A stretch of 63,120 nt of DNA, the filler included. It is 4 parts of 4 records of this genome, joined end to end, with 100 filler letters (N's around TTAATTAATTAA, not from the genome) between each part and the next. Parts side by side here need not be neighbours in the genome. Positions count along the whole stretch, not along the records: positions 31,504 to 63,120 come from SRR22947727_1057; 3 more parts are not named here. One strand, given 5' to 3'. How positions within the stretch are numbered: the stretch's first letter is position 1; every line of letters starts with the position of its first letter. The translations under genes and the position numbers were made by a program. Shown piece after piece: positions 49,408-58,632 of the stretch. The notes under the pieces were generated by a model. It saw nothing but the letters and a program-made list of their open reading frames with translations, had not been told where the DNA came from and ran no database searches.

Positions 49408-50508
49408 ATGGCATTACAAATTAGACGTGGAACAGACGCAGAGCGAACTGGAATAACACCGATAGCAGGTGAATTAATATTCACAACAGATACAAAAAAA
49501 TTATATGTAGGTGATGGTACTACTGTAGGTGGAAACCAAGTAGACACAACATTAGCGGCACAATATCTTGCAGTCAACAGCAACATCACTCCAGATGCCA
49601 ACAACACAAGAGATTTAGGAACAAGCAGTGCAGTTTGGAGAACTGGTTTTTTCGGAACTGTAGATGCTTCACACATAGACGCTGTATCAATCAACGGTAA
49701 TATTGTTAGCGGTGATTCTACTGTCATTGTTAATGTTGGTGCAGGAACTGTAACAGCAGACCTAACAGGTAATGTTACAGGTAATGTTACAGGAGATTTA
49801 ACAGGCAGTTCTACAGGTAACCATAAAGGTTCAGTTCTTGCTGACGACAATAATGTAAGAATAGACAGTGCTATAAACAGAGTCACAAACGGTGTATTAG
49901 ACTTTAATGGAAGTGCAATTAAGTTAACATCAGGAAACGGAATTCAAATAGGTACAAACAGTTCAGTGGAAGGTGTTGGTTTAGAAATATTCAGCACAGA
50001 TCACACAGTTAGAAATGCATTAAGACTTTATTCAGATGCTGGTAATTCCAACACATTCAACTCAATAGAAGGATACGCATCTAGAGGATCAGTGGTAACT
50101 CCAACAGTGAGTGTTGCAGATGATTCATTGTTTGGTTATATTAATTACGGTCACGATGGTTCAGCGTATGTACAGTCTAGTTTTATTGTAGCAGGTGTTG
50201 ATCCACAAGCATCAGTGGCTTCTGGTGCAGTACCAGGAAATCTGTTATTGGGAACAACTCCAGATAATGGAGTAACAAATAATTTTTGTGTTATAAACAA
50301 AGATGGTAATTTAGGTATCAACATTTATCAACCAACAGAAAAATTACATGTTGACGGTAATGCAAAAGTAACAGGCTTTGTTCAGTTTGGTTCATTAACC
50401 ACTACTGAAAGAAACGCACTAACTCCAGCAAACGGTATGGTTATATACAACTCAACAGATAACAAATTCCAAGGTTACGAAAACGGCGGTTGGGCTAACT
50501 TAATTTAA
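49408..50508 (+). CDS. Phage fibre/decoration protein with Mtd-like N-terminal domain
   Basis: MALQIRRGT...GELIFTTDTKKLYVGDG; GNVTGNVTGDLTG repeats; GNLGIN...PTEKLHVDG; NGMVIYNSTDNKFQGY. Confidence 0.8.
   Translation: MALQIRRGTDAERTGITPIAGELIFTTDTKKLYVGDGTTVGGNQVDTTLAAQYLAVNSNITPDANNTRDLGTSSAVWRTGFFGTVDASHIDAVSINGNIVSGDSTVIVNVGAGTVTADLTGNVTGNVTGDLTGSSTGNHKGSVLADDNNVRIDSAINRVTNGVLDFNGSAIKLTSGNGIQIGTNSSVEGVGLEIFSTDHTVRNALRLYSDAGNSNTFNSIEGYASRGSVVTPTVSVADDSLFGYINYGHDGSAYVQSSFIVAGVDPQASVASGAVPGNLLLGTTPDNGVTNNFCVINKDGNLGINIYQPTEKLHVDGNAKVTGFVQFGSLTTTERNALTPANGMVIYNSTDNKFQGYENGGWANLI
49765..49824 (+). repeat. Degenerate 12-bp tandem repeat (5 units) encoding TGxx
   Basis: ACAGGTAATGTT x2, ACAGGAGATTTA, ACAGGCAGTTCT, ACAGGTAACCAT. 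Confidence 0.8.
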
Positions 50509-50513
50509 TCTTA

Positions 50514-50981
50514 ATGAAAGTCCGAATTACAGGACACACAAGCGGACTTGGTGCAAAGATTTATAACTATTTTAAATCTAAAGATTACGACACACAAGGA
50601 TTTACCTCAAAAAATTCATTAGAAGAAATCATAGAACATTCAAAAAATTGCGATATATTTTTTAATAATGCCTATTCAGATGACAACGTACAACTTAAAC
50701 TTTTAAATGCATTACACAACCACGTTAACAAAATGGTTGTGTGTGGTTCTGTAACAACAGAATATCCTGATCCAACTTATCCAGAATACACTCTTAACAA
50801 AAAACTTTTAGAAGAAAGATTTATGGAATTAGCAATTAATAAATTACCTAATGTAGCAGATTTGCTACTATTAAAATTAACAAGTAGTTCGTATAAAGAT
50901 CACGAAATTATTTTAAATTCAGTCGATTTTTGGATTCAAAATCCTGCAGTAATTAGTTTAACTTATAATGTTACCGATTAA
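50514..50981 (+). CDS. Minimal SDR/Rossmann-fold protein
   Basis: ITGHTSGLG, FFNNA, YTLNK (YxxxK). Confidence 0.7.
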   Translation: MKVRITGHTSGLGAKIYNYFKSKDYDTQGFTSKNSLEEIIEHSKNCDIFFNNAYSDDNVQLKLLNALHNHVNKMVVCGSVTTEYPDPTYPEYTLNKKLLEERFMELAINKLPNVADLLLLKLTSSSYKDHEIILNSVDFWIQNPAVISLTYNVTD

Positions 50982-52115
50982 TTTAGATTGTTTATCTTGA
51001 TATTCGTCCCAACTTTTCCAAGTCCACTCTGTAACAGCATAATCAATTCTTTCAGGCTGAAACAGATATTTGTTTGGTACAGTGTCGTGTAAATTATAAC
51101 CTTCATTCACCACAGCATCTCTCAACATAATTTGATGTAGAAAATTAGTAACAGGTTTGCCTGGTACAAAATCACACCAAGGACCACACTGTAATTGTTC
51201 CATGTCTATGGTTTTAGGATCACTCCATTGTATTATTCTATGAGTGATTCCATTTATTTTTACCATATAATGATAAAGATTATCATCTGCTGGTTCCTTT
51301 TCCCAAATCCAACCTTTACGATCACAAATATCTTTTATTAGTTGCACATGGTCACTTAAAAAGAACTGAGGTTCATCGGGTGATCTTCCTATATCAGAAC
51401 CTGCTCTAATTCTATACTGCCATGCTTTGTTGCCTAGTGACTGTATTTCTTCTAACACTTCTTCCATGTGTTCTAAATTTTCTAATGTATATCCTACATA
51501 ATAAACAAAGATGCCTTCAGCAATACAATTTTCAATTCCTTTTAATTGTTTTTCGTGTACTTTTTCGCCTTGATAAGAGTGGTGATTCATTCCAATCATA
51601 ACCATTCTAGTGCCTGCTTCAGCAATTTCTTTTACCCATGCTCTGTTAGAAAGTTTTACGCCATTTGTCAATATACATACATCTTCAGGTCTATTCAGTT
51701 TTTTCAATAGTGCTTTGATTTGTTTTATAAGTTCTGGTAAGTCTTTACGCACAGTAGGTTCAGCACCTGCCAATATCACAGCACCTGCATCTGCTGAAAA
51801 TCTGTTTTCTATTTGCCATAGTATTTGTTCTATTGGTTTATCTGTGGTTTTATTGTCTGGTTTATGATAACAGTGCGGACAATTCAAATTACATTTGTCT
51901 GTGACTTCCACCATGATGCCTTGAGGAATAGAATATCCTGATTTATCATATGTTAAATTGTTATAAAATTCTTTGTTGGTTTCCACAAGATAATCACTTA
52001 CACCATGTTCTGGACAAGTTTTCACAAGATGTATACCATCTTCTTTAGTTACTCTTTCTGCTTCACAGTGCCTATAACACACATGGCACAGACTGGTTGT
52101 TTTTGTATCTTGCAT
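50958..52115 (-). CDS. Radical SAM protein with N-terminal Cys/His metal-binding domain
   Basis: SLCHVC...KTCPEHG, then CNLNCPHC, AGAEPT, TNG. Confidence 0.88.
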   Translation of the reverse strand: MQDTKTTSLCHVCYRHCEAERVTKEDGIHLVKTCPEHGVSDYLVETNKEFYNNLTYDKSGYSIPQGIMVEVTDKCNLNCPHCYHKPDNKTTDKPIEQILWQIENRFSADAGAVILAGAEPTVRKDLPELIKQIKALLKKLNRPEDVCILTNGVKLSNRAWVKEIAEAGTRMVMIGMNHHSYQGEKVHEKQLKGIENCIAEGIFVYYVGYTLENLEHMEEVLEEIQSLGNKAWQYRIRAGSDIGRSPDEPQFFLSDHVQLIKDICDRKGWIWEKEPADDNLYHYMVKINGITHRIIQWSDPKTIDMEQLQCGPWCDFVPGKPVTNFLHQIMLRDAVVNEGYNLHDTVPNKYLFQPERIDYAVTEWTWKSWDEYQDKQSKLIGNIIS

Positions 52116-52119
52116 AGTA

Positions 52120-52806
52120 TTACTTATAGATAGAAATTGCTTTGTTTATAAATGAATCCGGATATACATTCCTAAAACTTTCTAAACATAATACTTGAAG
52201 TTTATCGAATGGATATGTTTTGTTTTCCTCAATACCTAATTTTTTCATCTGTGGCATCAATTGTTGCTGTCTTTCTTTAGATATATGACTCATATGCTCC
52301 TGAACAGTGATCGCAGGTTCATTGTTTCTATAAGCAAAGAAGTAATTGATTGTTCTCAATTCACCATCAATTACCCAATAACTGCTAGGGTGTAAACTGT
52401 ATTTGTAGATGCCTAATTTTTTGTGTGTTTCTAACATATACAACATTTCTTCTTCCCATCTAGGCACAACGTCTTCGAACTTTTTGCCATGACTCTGTTC
52501 CCAAAAATCATCTCCTTGTATTTCAAAATAAATTTTTTTCTCTTCGGAATCAATTCTTGTGATATTAGGTATAATTTCTTTATGGTCCACATCTAGTAAT
52601 AACAAGAAATCTTTTTCTCGACTAAACTTCATATCCATCAAAGCAGGATCTACCACTTCATTATGTCCTTTATGATATTCTGAATCATTATGAAACCACA
52701 TACAAAATTCCGTAGCATCTTCGTTTATCAAACTAGTGTAAATTAAATTGTTTCTACACAACCCTTTGCCAGGCACATTGTTGTAATAATATTTAAAATT
52801 ATTCAT
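52120..52806 (-). CDS. Degenerate protein-kinase-like fold protein
   Basis: FSREKDFL, IIPNI, LGIYKYSLHPSSYWVIDGELRTINYF spaced like kinase subdomains III-VII. Confidence 0.5.
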   Translation of the reverse strand: MNNFKYYYNNVPGKGLCRNNLIYTSLINEDATEFCMWFHNDSEYHKGHNEVVDPALMDMKFSREKDFLLLLDVDHKEIIPNITRIDSEEKKIYFEIQGDDFWEQSHGKKFEDVVPRWEEEMLYMLETHKKLGIYKYSLHPSSYWVIDGELRTINYFFAYRNNEPAITVQEHMSHISKERQQQLMPQMKKLGIEENKTYPFDKLQVLCLESFRNVYPDSFINKAISIYK

Positions 52807-53371
52807 AAGTGGGCCAAGCCTTTACTTGTTGTAGTTGTTTGAAATATACATCAGCATTAACACGCCATACTGTTTGTTGTGTGCCTCTATAATTTAACTC
52901 TTTAACTTTGGTGTAAACACCTGTGCTTTCTAAAGTTGGTGCAACAATTGAATGAACTAATCGTTGTGTTCCTTCTGCATTTTCATTTGTTGTCACATAA
53001 TAGTTCTTATTAAAGCCTGCCCACATTATTCCTGCTGGTTGAAAAAATTGTTGTGTAGTTGTTTGGTGGGTTTTAATTGTTTCCCGAGTACGAACCATTT
53101 GATATTCTTTAGGCAATTCATTTGTAAATGTACATATACGACAAGCAATACGATAACTGTCAGGACCCATTTCTGGAAATGAATGTGCCGCAGTGGATCC
53201 AATCACTTTGCCATTCCATAACAACATCCAAACCTGATATCTATCTTCTTTAGATAATGAATCTACCAACATTTTTTTGGTTGAATTGTTGACAAATCCT
53301 TTTTGGTCGGCTGTATGATAAAACGTTTCAAGATTTAACTTGTCTGAATAGGGTACCAATTTAAAAGCCAT
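52799..53371 (-). CDS. Putative GNAT-like acyltransferase
   Basis: VWMLLWNGKVIGSTAAHSF...YRIACR; weak fold-level resemblance only. Confidence 0.4.
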   Translation of the reverse strand: MAFKLVPYSDKLNLETFYHTADQKGFVNNSTKKMLVDSLSKEDRYQVWMLLWNGKVIGSTAAHSFPEMGPDSYRIACRICTFTNELPKEYQMVRTRETIKTHQTTTQQFFQPAGIMWAGFNKNYYVTTNENAEGTQRLVHSIVAPTLESTGVYTKVKELNYRGTQQTVWRVNADVYFKQLQQVKAWPTYE

Positions 53372-53388
53372 AATAAAATATCTATACT

Positions 53389-53406
53389 GTATTTAAAAGT
53401 AAATAC
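53389..53406. promoter_or_regulatory. Back-to-back TAAATAC late-type motifs between divergent genes
   Basis: GTATTTA-AAAG-TAAATAC inverted repeat in a 39-bp divergent gap. Confidence 0.65.
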
Positions 53407-53410
53407 TTTA

Positions 53411-54217
53411 ATGATTAGAGGAATTGGCGGTAGTCCATATATCAATTTAGACGAACACATAAACATAGAAGGTTTTCAACAACTGCATACCGAAATATGT
53501 AGAGGTTTTGCTCTTGCTCGTGAGTATGCCAAAGAAGGCACATGGATGTCACCAGGATTCGATCCCAAAGACATGAGTTATACTTTAAATTGGAAACCAA
53601 TTTATCAAGCACTAGAAGAATACAAAGCACTGCCTAAAGATCATCCAATTAGAAAAAATGGCGACGATTTGTATTCCAACATCAAAGATTACAAAACAAG
53701 GAATCAATTCACAAGATATTTAAAAGCAGTTTTAGGTGCTAACGATCCTTACATTTATTATTTCTTATGGGAAGAAGGAGATTGGGATCACCGAAACACA
53801 GAAAGAAACATCACAGAAGAAGCAAAATATTTTCCAGGTGTAGTGGCTTGGATTAAGGAATTAGTGAACACTGGTGTAATAGAAAGCATCGGTAGAGTGA
53901 TATTTTTTCATTGTGAACACGATGGTAAGCCATTTGAACACAGAGATCTAGATGGCAAACACGGCGACAGTCAAGGGTACACTGATCACCGTAATGAATT
54001 CATACACATTAGATACAGCACAAAAAGAGGATTCTACATATGGGATCCTGAAGTAAAAAATAAAACTTACATCAATGCCAATGCGGCATTTTGGAACGAT
54101 CAAGATTGGCATGGTGGCGATGTCAGCAACGAACAAGAATACGGCTTACGAATTGATTGTGTGTTTACAGATAAATTCAGGAAAAAAATTAAAATTGATA
54201 ATTTAAAGAGTTATTAA
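53411..54217 (+). CDS. 2OG-Fe(II)/cupin oxygenase-like protein
   Basis: EHRD...DWHGG...YGLRID facial-triad pattern. Confidence 0.65.
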   Translation: MIRGIGGSPYINLDEHINIEGFQQLHTEICRGFALAREYAKEGTWMSPGFDPKDMSYTLNWKPIYQALEEYKALPKDHPIRKNGDDLYSNIKDYKTRNQFTRYLKAVLGANDPYIYYFLWEEGDWDHRNTERNITEEAKYFPGVVAWIKELVNTGVIESIGRVIFFHCEHDGKPFEHRDLDGKHGDSQGYTDHRNEFIHIRYSTKRGFYIWDPEVKNKTYINANAAFWNDQDWHGGDVSNEQEYGLRIDCVFTDKFRKKIKIDNLKSY

Positions 54218-54777
54218 TAACATCTAACGTCAAGTGTAGAAATATACATAGGTTCATTTACGATATAATCAATAGTTCTAATTATATCATCTGCATTACA
54301 AGTAGGCTCTCCGCTTCTATCACCAGTTTTCTCGCCATAGTTTAATACTCTAACAAGACTGAACTTTAATTGCGGTCCAAATGGAGTTTGATTTGCCAAT
54401 GCGTTGTGTACAGCATCTATATGATGTTTGTCTTTTAGATATTGTTTATCGATACCAACTTGATCTAATAATTTTTTAGGGACTTTTGTTGCTAGTGATC
54501 CTATTGTTATAACTTTACGCAAAGGTGCGTCATGTGTCCAACGTTCTTGTAATTTCAGTAGTAATGAGGATTGTGAAGCACCCACGTGTGCTATGTTTAA
54601 AAATACATCTCTGGCTAACACTTCACTAACTGCGTTGTTGAGACTGTCTGTATTTGTAAAATCATATCCTGTGGTTCTACTAATACCTAAACACTGATGT
54701 GTTTTTGAATAATGTTCATATACATCTTTTCCCATGGGAGATGTGTGTCCTGTGATTGCTATTTTATCACTGTTCAT
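54214..54777 (-). CDS. Minimal SDR/Rossmann-fold protein
   Basis: KIAITGHTSPMG, GISRTTGYD, VFLNIA, YLKDK; start 54777 (ATGA overlap). Confidence 0.7.
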   Translation of the reverse strand: MNSDKIAITGHTSPMGKDVYEHYSKTHQCLGISRTTGYDFTNTDSLNNAVSEVLARDVFLNIAHVGASQSSLLLKLQERWTHDAPLRKVITIGSLATKVPKKLLDQVGIDKQYLKDKHHIDAVHNALANQTPFGPQLKFSLVRVLNYGEKTGDRSGEPTCNADDIIRTIDYIVNEPMYISTLDVRCY

Positions 54778-55328
54778 CTTTTTGTTCCAAAGAAGTTGAA
54801 GATGTATTTGGGTCTTTGTCCACAGTTGGAGCCGGCGTGCCAAGCATTTCTATCTGGCCATTTGTACACATCACCTGCTTTGGCATTGTAATACAAATCA
54901 TCTTCCACAATTAATACATGTCCAGGGTGTGTATCTTCCATGTGTACATGAAATCTTTCTATGTTGTTTAATTTACATAGTTCTTCTTCGTTGTCTTGTG
55001 TGTCCCAGTGCCAAGGGGCATGATTTCCTTGATGCACAACACTAACCCAACAACTTAAAACATCAACTCCAACGTAATCTGCAAATTTGTTTACAACACT
55101 TCTGTCAAAATTAGTTTCAGGTATACACATATCCCAACCAATTGTGCCATTTTCAGATGCAAGTTTATATCCTGCTTTGTTCCACGACTCGCTGATTTCT
55201 TTTATACCTGGAAGATCATCTTGTGTTGTGTGTCTTGGTCCTTGATATGCTGGTTTAGAATTCTTTATGGATTCAACAACTGCATTCCAGTCTATTACAT
55301 CACTACAATTTCCTACGTATTGTTTCAT
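54774..55328 (-). CDS. Asp/Asn beta-hydroxylase-like 2OG-Fe(II) oxygenase
   Basis: APWHWD...ERFH...AWHAGSN...KYIFN. Confidence 0.75.
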   Translation of the reverse strand: MKQYVGNCSDVIDWNAVVESIKNSKPAYQGPRHTTQDDLPGIKEISESWNKAGYKLASENGTIGWDMCIPETNFDRSVVNKFADYVGVDVLSCWVSVVHQGNHAPWHWDTQDNEEELCKLNNIERFHVHMEDTHPGHVLIVEDDLYYNAKAGDVYKWPDRNAWHAGSNCGQRPKYIFNFFGTKR

Positions 55329-55870
55329 TCTGCGTATGCCAAGTAATTAAAATTAAATTTAGGTACAAGTCCACAATTAGTTCCGCCATGATACGATTTA
55401 AAGTCAGGCCACTTGTGAACATCTCCTTGTTTCTGATTGTACAATGCTTCGTCGCCTACTATGAACACGTGTCCTGGTGCAGGTTCGTTAATCATTGCTG
55501 TGAATCTTACAGGATTGCCTTGCTCTGTGTATTTTTTCCAATCAACGTCCCAGTCCCAATGCCATGGAGCAGTTTTTCCTGGATATATTTTAGATATCCA
55601 ACTCTTAATCATTCTGGGTGCACCAACAAACTCGCCAAACTTCTCAGCAACCTCCATTGAAAACTCATTGCCTGGATAATAATTGATCCATTCTATAGAT
55701 TCTCTGTTGTAACTGCCTATAGTAGATAATGCATCATCAATCTCTTTTAATTCCGGTACATCTTTGACTGGAAGATATTTACAAGCAAGTTTACCTTCTT
55801 GATCCTGCACTTCTTTGATGATCGTGTTCCAGTCTAATATATCGTTACAGTTACCTACAAATTCAAGCAT
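55325..55870 (-). CDS. Asp/Asn beta-hydroxylase-like 2OG-Fe(II) oxygenase (paralog)
   Basis: APWHWD...VRF...SYHGGTN...KFNFN. Confidence 0.75.
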   Translation of the reverse strand: MLEFVGNCNDILDWNTIIKEVQDQEGKLACKYLPVKDVPELKEIDDALSTIGSYNRESIEWINYYPGNEFSMEVAEKFGEFVGAPRMIKSWISKIYPGKTAPWHWDWDVDWKKYTEQGNPVRFTAMINEPAPGHVFIVGDEALYNQKQGDVHKWPDFKSYHGGTNCGLVPKFNFNYLAYAE

Positions 55871-56483
55871 TTAAAAAATCTCCTGGCCACTCTGCATAAT
55901 TGGTTTTAATTGTTTCTTTATACAGTTCATGAGTGTCTAATTGGTTGTTTAATATAAATTTATCAAATCTATCCGTTCTTATCAATGGTTTTAGATATTT
56001 TATATCAAGGTATCTATTATCATTGTCTGTGCAACCATATAAATCCATACAGTGTGCTTCATTGGCATCATCAAAGTAAAAAGTATGAGGGTACATATTA
56101 ATTTTATATATGTTTTGTTGCTCTAAATCTTGTTTTATTTGTTTAATTTTTTCTTTCCAATTAGGTATGCTGTCTATTTGGTTATTTTCAATCAAAACAT
56201 TAAGATTTTTATTATACCATTTGAATTTAATTTCTCTTTTAGCATAGTCAATGTCTAATAATTCTGGAATATATTTTGTGTCTTTCAATTTTGAAAGATA
56301 CATCACTTCTTGATCAAACCAAAAGTTGTACAATTCTTCATTCATAGATTCATTCTCAAAATAATCGTTTGGATTCCAATTCATACAGAACACAGTGTTG
56401 TCTTCGTTCACAAGCGGTTGGTAAAGCATATTTGCCACAGCCAGTCCTTGTTTATGTTTATAAAAATGTTTCCAATTATGCAT
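55863..56483 (-). CDS. Degenerate protein-kinase-like fold protein (paralog of 52120-52806)
   Basis: Shared L[IV]NEDxTxFCM; FDQEVMYL, YIPELL, NIYKINMYPHTF...CMDLYG. Confidence 0.5.
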   Translation of the reverse strand: MHNWKHFYKHKQGLAVANMLYQPLVNEDNTVFCMNWNPNDYFENESMNEELYNFWFDQEVMYLSKLKDTKYIPELLDIDYAKREIKFKWYNKNLNVLIENNQIDSIPNWKEKIKQIKQDLEQQNIYKINMYPHTFYFDDANEAHCMDLYGCTDNDNRYLDIKYLKPLIRTDRFDKFILNNQLDTHELYKETIKTNYAEWPGDFLNA

Positions 56484-57153
56484 ATACAATATCTATTTTA
56501 AATCCACAAATTTGTTGCATCTTTAAAAGTTCATTTATTTTTGAACCATCACATAAAAATTTAATTGTGTGTTCATTAATTCTAGCAAATGAGTCTATTG
56601 ATTGTTCTTTTGCTAATCTATTAAGCAGTATTGAAAAAGAACTGTCAAAAAGATATCTTAAATTGTACACTGGATCTTTTGATGTCATAACAACCTGTCT
56701 TGGATCTTTCATCATGTGATTACTTTGCAATCTCTTACGTATTACCAATTGATATCTGTTTTTGTATCCGTAATTAGATGCTGAATGAAGCACACCTGCA
56801 TTCATCAAATACACTGTGTCGTCTGGTTTGGTAGCATACATCATTTCATCTCCAATATCATGAAGGAAACTTTGTTCTGCATCTAGTGTGAGATGATATC
56901 TGTCATCTATATCAGCATGGGCAGAATAACTTTCTCCTGGTTTTAAAACAATAACTCTTGCCTCTCCGTGATCTGGTAGTTGTTTTAATAAATCTTCAAT
57001 GGCAGTGTCTTTGTATTCTGGTAATAACTCCCATGGATCATAAAAAAAATTTCCTGTGGGCTTATTTAAAACACTTTTACCTTCTGGTAAATGTTTTACT
57101 AAATCAAACAATATTTTGGAATCAGTTTTGGTTTCTAATTTTTGTAACATCAT
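56476..57153 (-). CDS. Asp/Asn beta-hydroxylase-like 2OG-Fe(II) oxygenase
   Basis: LKPGESYSAHADIDDRYH...LHSASNYG..RYQLV; start reassigned to 57153 (TAAGTA 4 nt upstream). Confidence 0.75.
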   Translation of the reverse strand: MMLQKLETKTDSKILFDLVKHLPEGKSVLNKPTGNFFYDPWELLPEYKDTAIEDLLKQLPDHGEARVIVLKPGESYSAHADIDDRYHLTLDAEQSFLHDIGDEMMYATKPDDTVYLMNAGVLHSASNYGYKNRYQLVIRKRLQSNHMMKDPRQVVMTSKDPVYNLRYLFDSSFSILLNRLAKEQSIDSFARINEHTIKFLCDGSKINELLKMQQICGFKIDIVYA

Positions 57154-57214
57154 ATTGTACTTATCGTAAATTATAATGTGCGTACTTAATAGCGATAAAT
57201 AAAGATGTCCATAT

Positions 57215-58021
57215 ATGTCCAATTTAGAAAATATAAAATCTCTATACCAATCTAGTGCCTATCGTGATATTCTTCACGATATAAATGGAGTAGTATTTCC
57301 TTTCAATCCTGAATGGAAAAATATTGGTATCAGTGTGAGTGGTGGAGCAGACAGTGCCTTGATGAGTGTGCTGTTGTGCAGTATCATATCTCAATTAAAA
57401 TCAAACACCAATGTACACATTATTACTAACGTGAGATGTTGGAAGACCAGACCTTGGCAAAAACACAACAGTTTGAATGTGTTCAATTGGATTACTAATT
57501 CTTTTCCTAATATACAATTTAAAAGACACGAAAATTTTATTGCTCCTGATTTAGAATGGGGATCAGTAGGACCTAACATACAAGATGAGTATGGAAAATT
57601 AAAAAGCGGTAATCAAATAGAGTTAAGAGCACACGCAGAGTATGTTGCTCATACAGAAAATTTAGATGCTTGGTACTGTGGTGTAACCAAGAATCCAGAT
57701 AAAGAATTTGATGGTCGTCTATTGGCTCGAGACATCGAAGATGCTACATTAGATAGACTAATCAAAATACACATGGGCGGCTTGGCTTGTCACCCTTTCA
57801 CACATGTTCAAAAAGATTGGATAGTTGCTCAATATAAAAAATTAGGCATAATGGACCTATTTGATCTTACAAGAAGTTGTGAAGGTGATAACCAGACATA
57901 TCCTGAAGTCTTTGGAGACTTAGACTACAAGACATATGTCGAAGGGTCGCCTGTGCCAGTATGTGAAAAATGTTTTTGGTGTAAAGAAAGAGAATGGGGA
58001 GTAAGCAAATGTCAAGACTGA
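57215..58021 (+). CDS. QueC-like PP-loop ATP pyrophosphatase
   Basis: SVSGGADS; TRSC...CEKCFWCKER Zn site. Confidence 0.7.
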   Translation: MSNLENIKSLYQSSAYRDILHDINGVVFPFNPEWKNIGISVSGGADSALMSVLLCSIISQLKSNTNVHIITNVRCWKTRPWQKHNSLNVFNWITNSFPNIQFKRHENFIAPDLEWGSVGPNIQDEYGKLKSGNQIELRAHAEYVAHTENLDAWYCGVTKNPDKEFDGRLLARDIEDATLDRLIKIHMGGLACHPFTHVQKDWIVAQYKKLGIMDLFDLTRSCEGDNQTYPEVFGDLDYKTYVEGSPVPVCEKCFWCKEREWGVSKCQD

Positions 58022-58632
58022 TAACGTTTGGTTGTTCTTATGCTTATGGTACAGGATTACCTGACTGTAACAATTGGATGTTTGATAAACTGCACAATTT
58101 AAAACCTAGCAAATTGGGTTGGTCAAGTTTGTTGGCAGACAAAATGAAAGTTGAATGTGTTAACGAATCTTTTCCAGGTTCAAGCAACACAGAAATATTG
58201 TACAATGTATTAAAATTTGATTATAAGTCAGATGATACTGTGGTTATCATGTGGACACATTTTGTTAGGGATATGTTGTTTAATTTCCCTCACAAGTTTC
58301 CTTTCTTTAGAGATAGATTAGGTCCTTGGGCAAAAACACATCAAGAACGCAAATGGGCAGAGTATTTGAGTGAAAAAGATTATGCAATGAAAAGTTGGTT
58401 CAATATACAACATGCAGACTTACATCTACAAAAACAAGGAGTGGATTATATTCATTATCCTGCAACACCTGAAGAATTAAACAAAAACAAATTAAATTTT
58501 ATTCAAGTAGAAAACTATCATAGCGATGGTATTGTGTACTTGGACACAGCAACAGATGACATGCACCCGGGTATAAAAAGTAATCAACTGTTGTGTGATT
58601 CAATATATAGGAGATTAAATGACAGACCATAA
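58009..58632 (+). CDS. SGNH-like protein
   Basis: ITFGCSY, PGSSN, DDMHPG. Confidence 0.62.
   Translation: MSRLITFGCSYAYGTGLPDCNNWMFDKLHNLKPSKLGWSSLLADKMKVECVNESFPGSSNTEILYNVLKFDYKSDDTVVIMWTHFVRDMLFNFPHKFPFFRDRLGPWAKTHQERKWAEYLSEKDYAMKSWFNIQHADLHLQKQGVDYIHYPATPEELNKNKLNFIQVENYHSDGIVYLDTATDDMHPGIKSNQLLCDSIYRRLNDRP

Noticed and set aside
49305-49886. 193-aa antisense ORF with PVTL repeats
   Set aside because: Shadow of the repetitive fibre gene on the opposite strand.
49408-50508. Diversity-generating retroelement suggested by the Mtd-like N-terminus
   Set aside because: No reverse transcriptase, no template/variable repeat pair and no C-type lectin-like C-terminus seen in the window.
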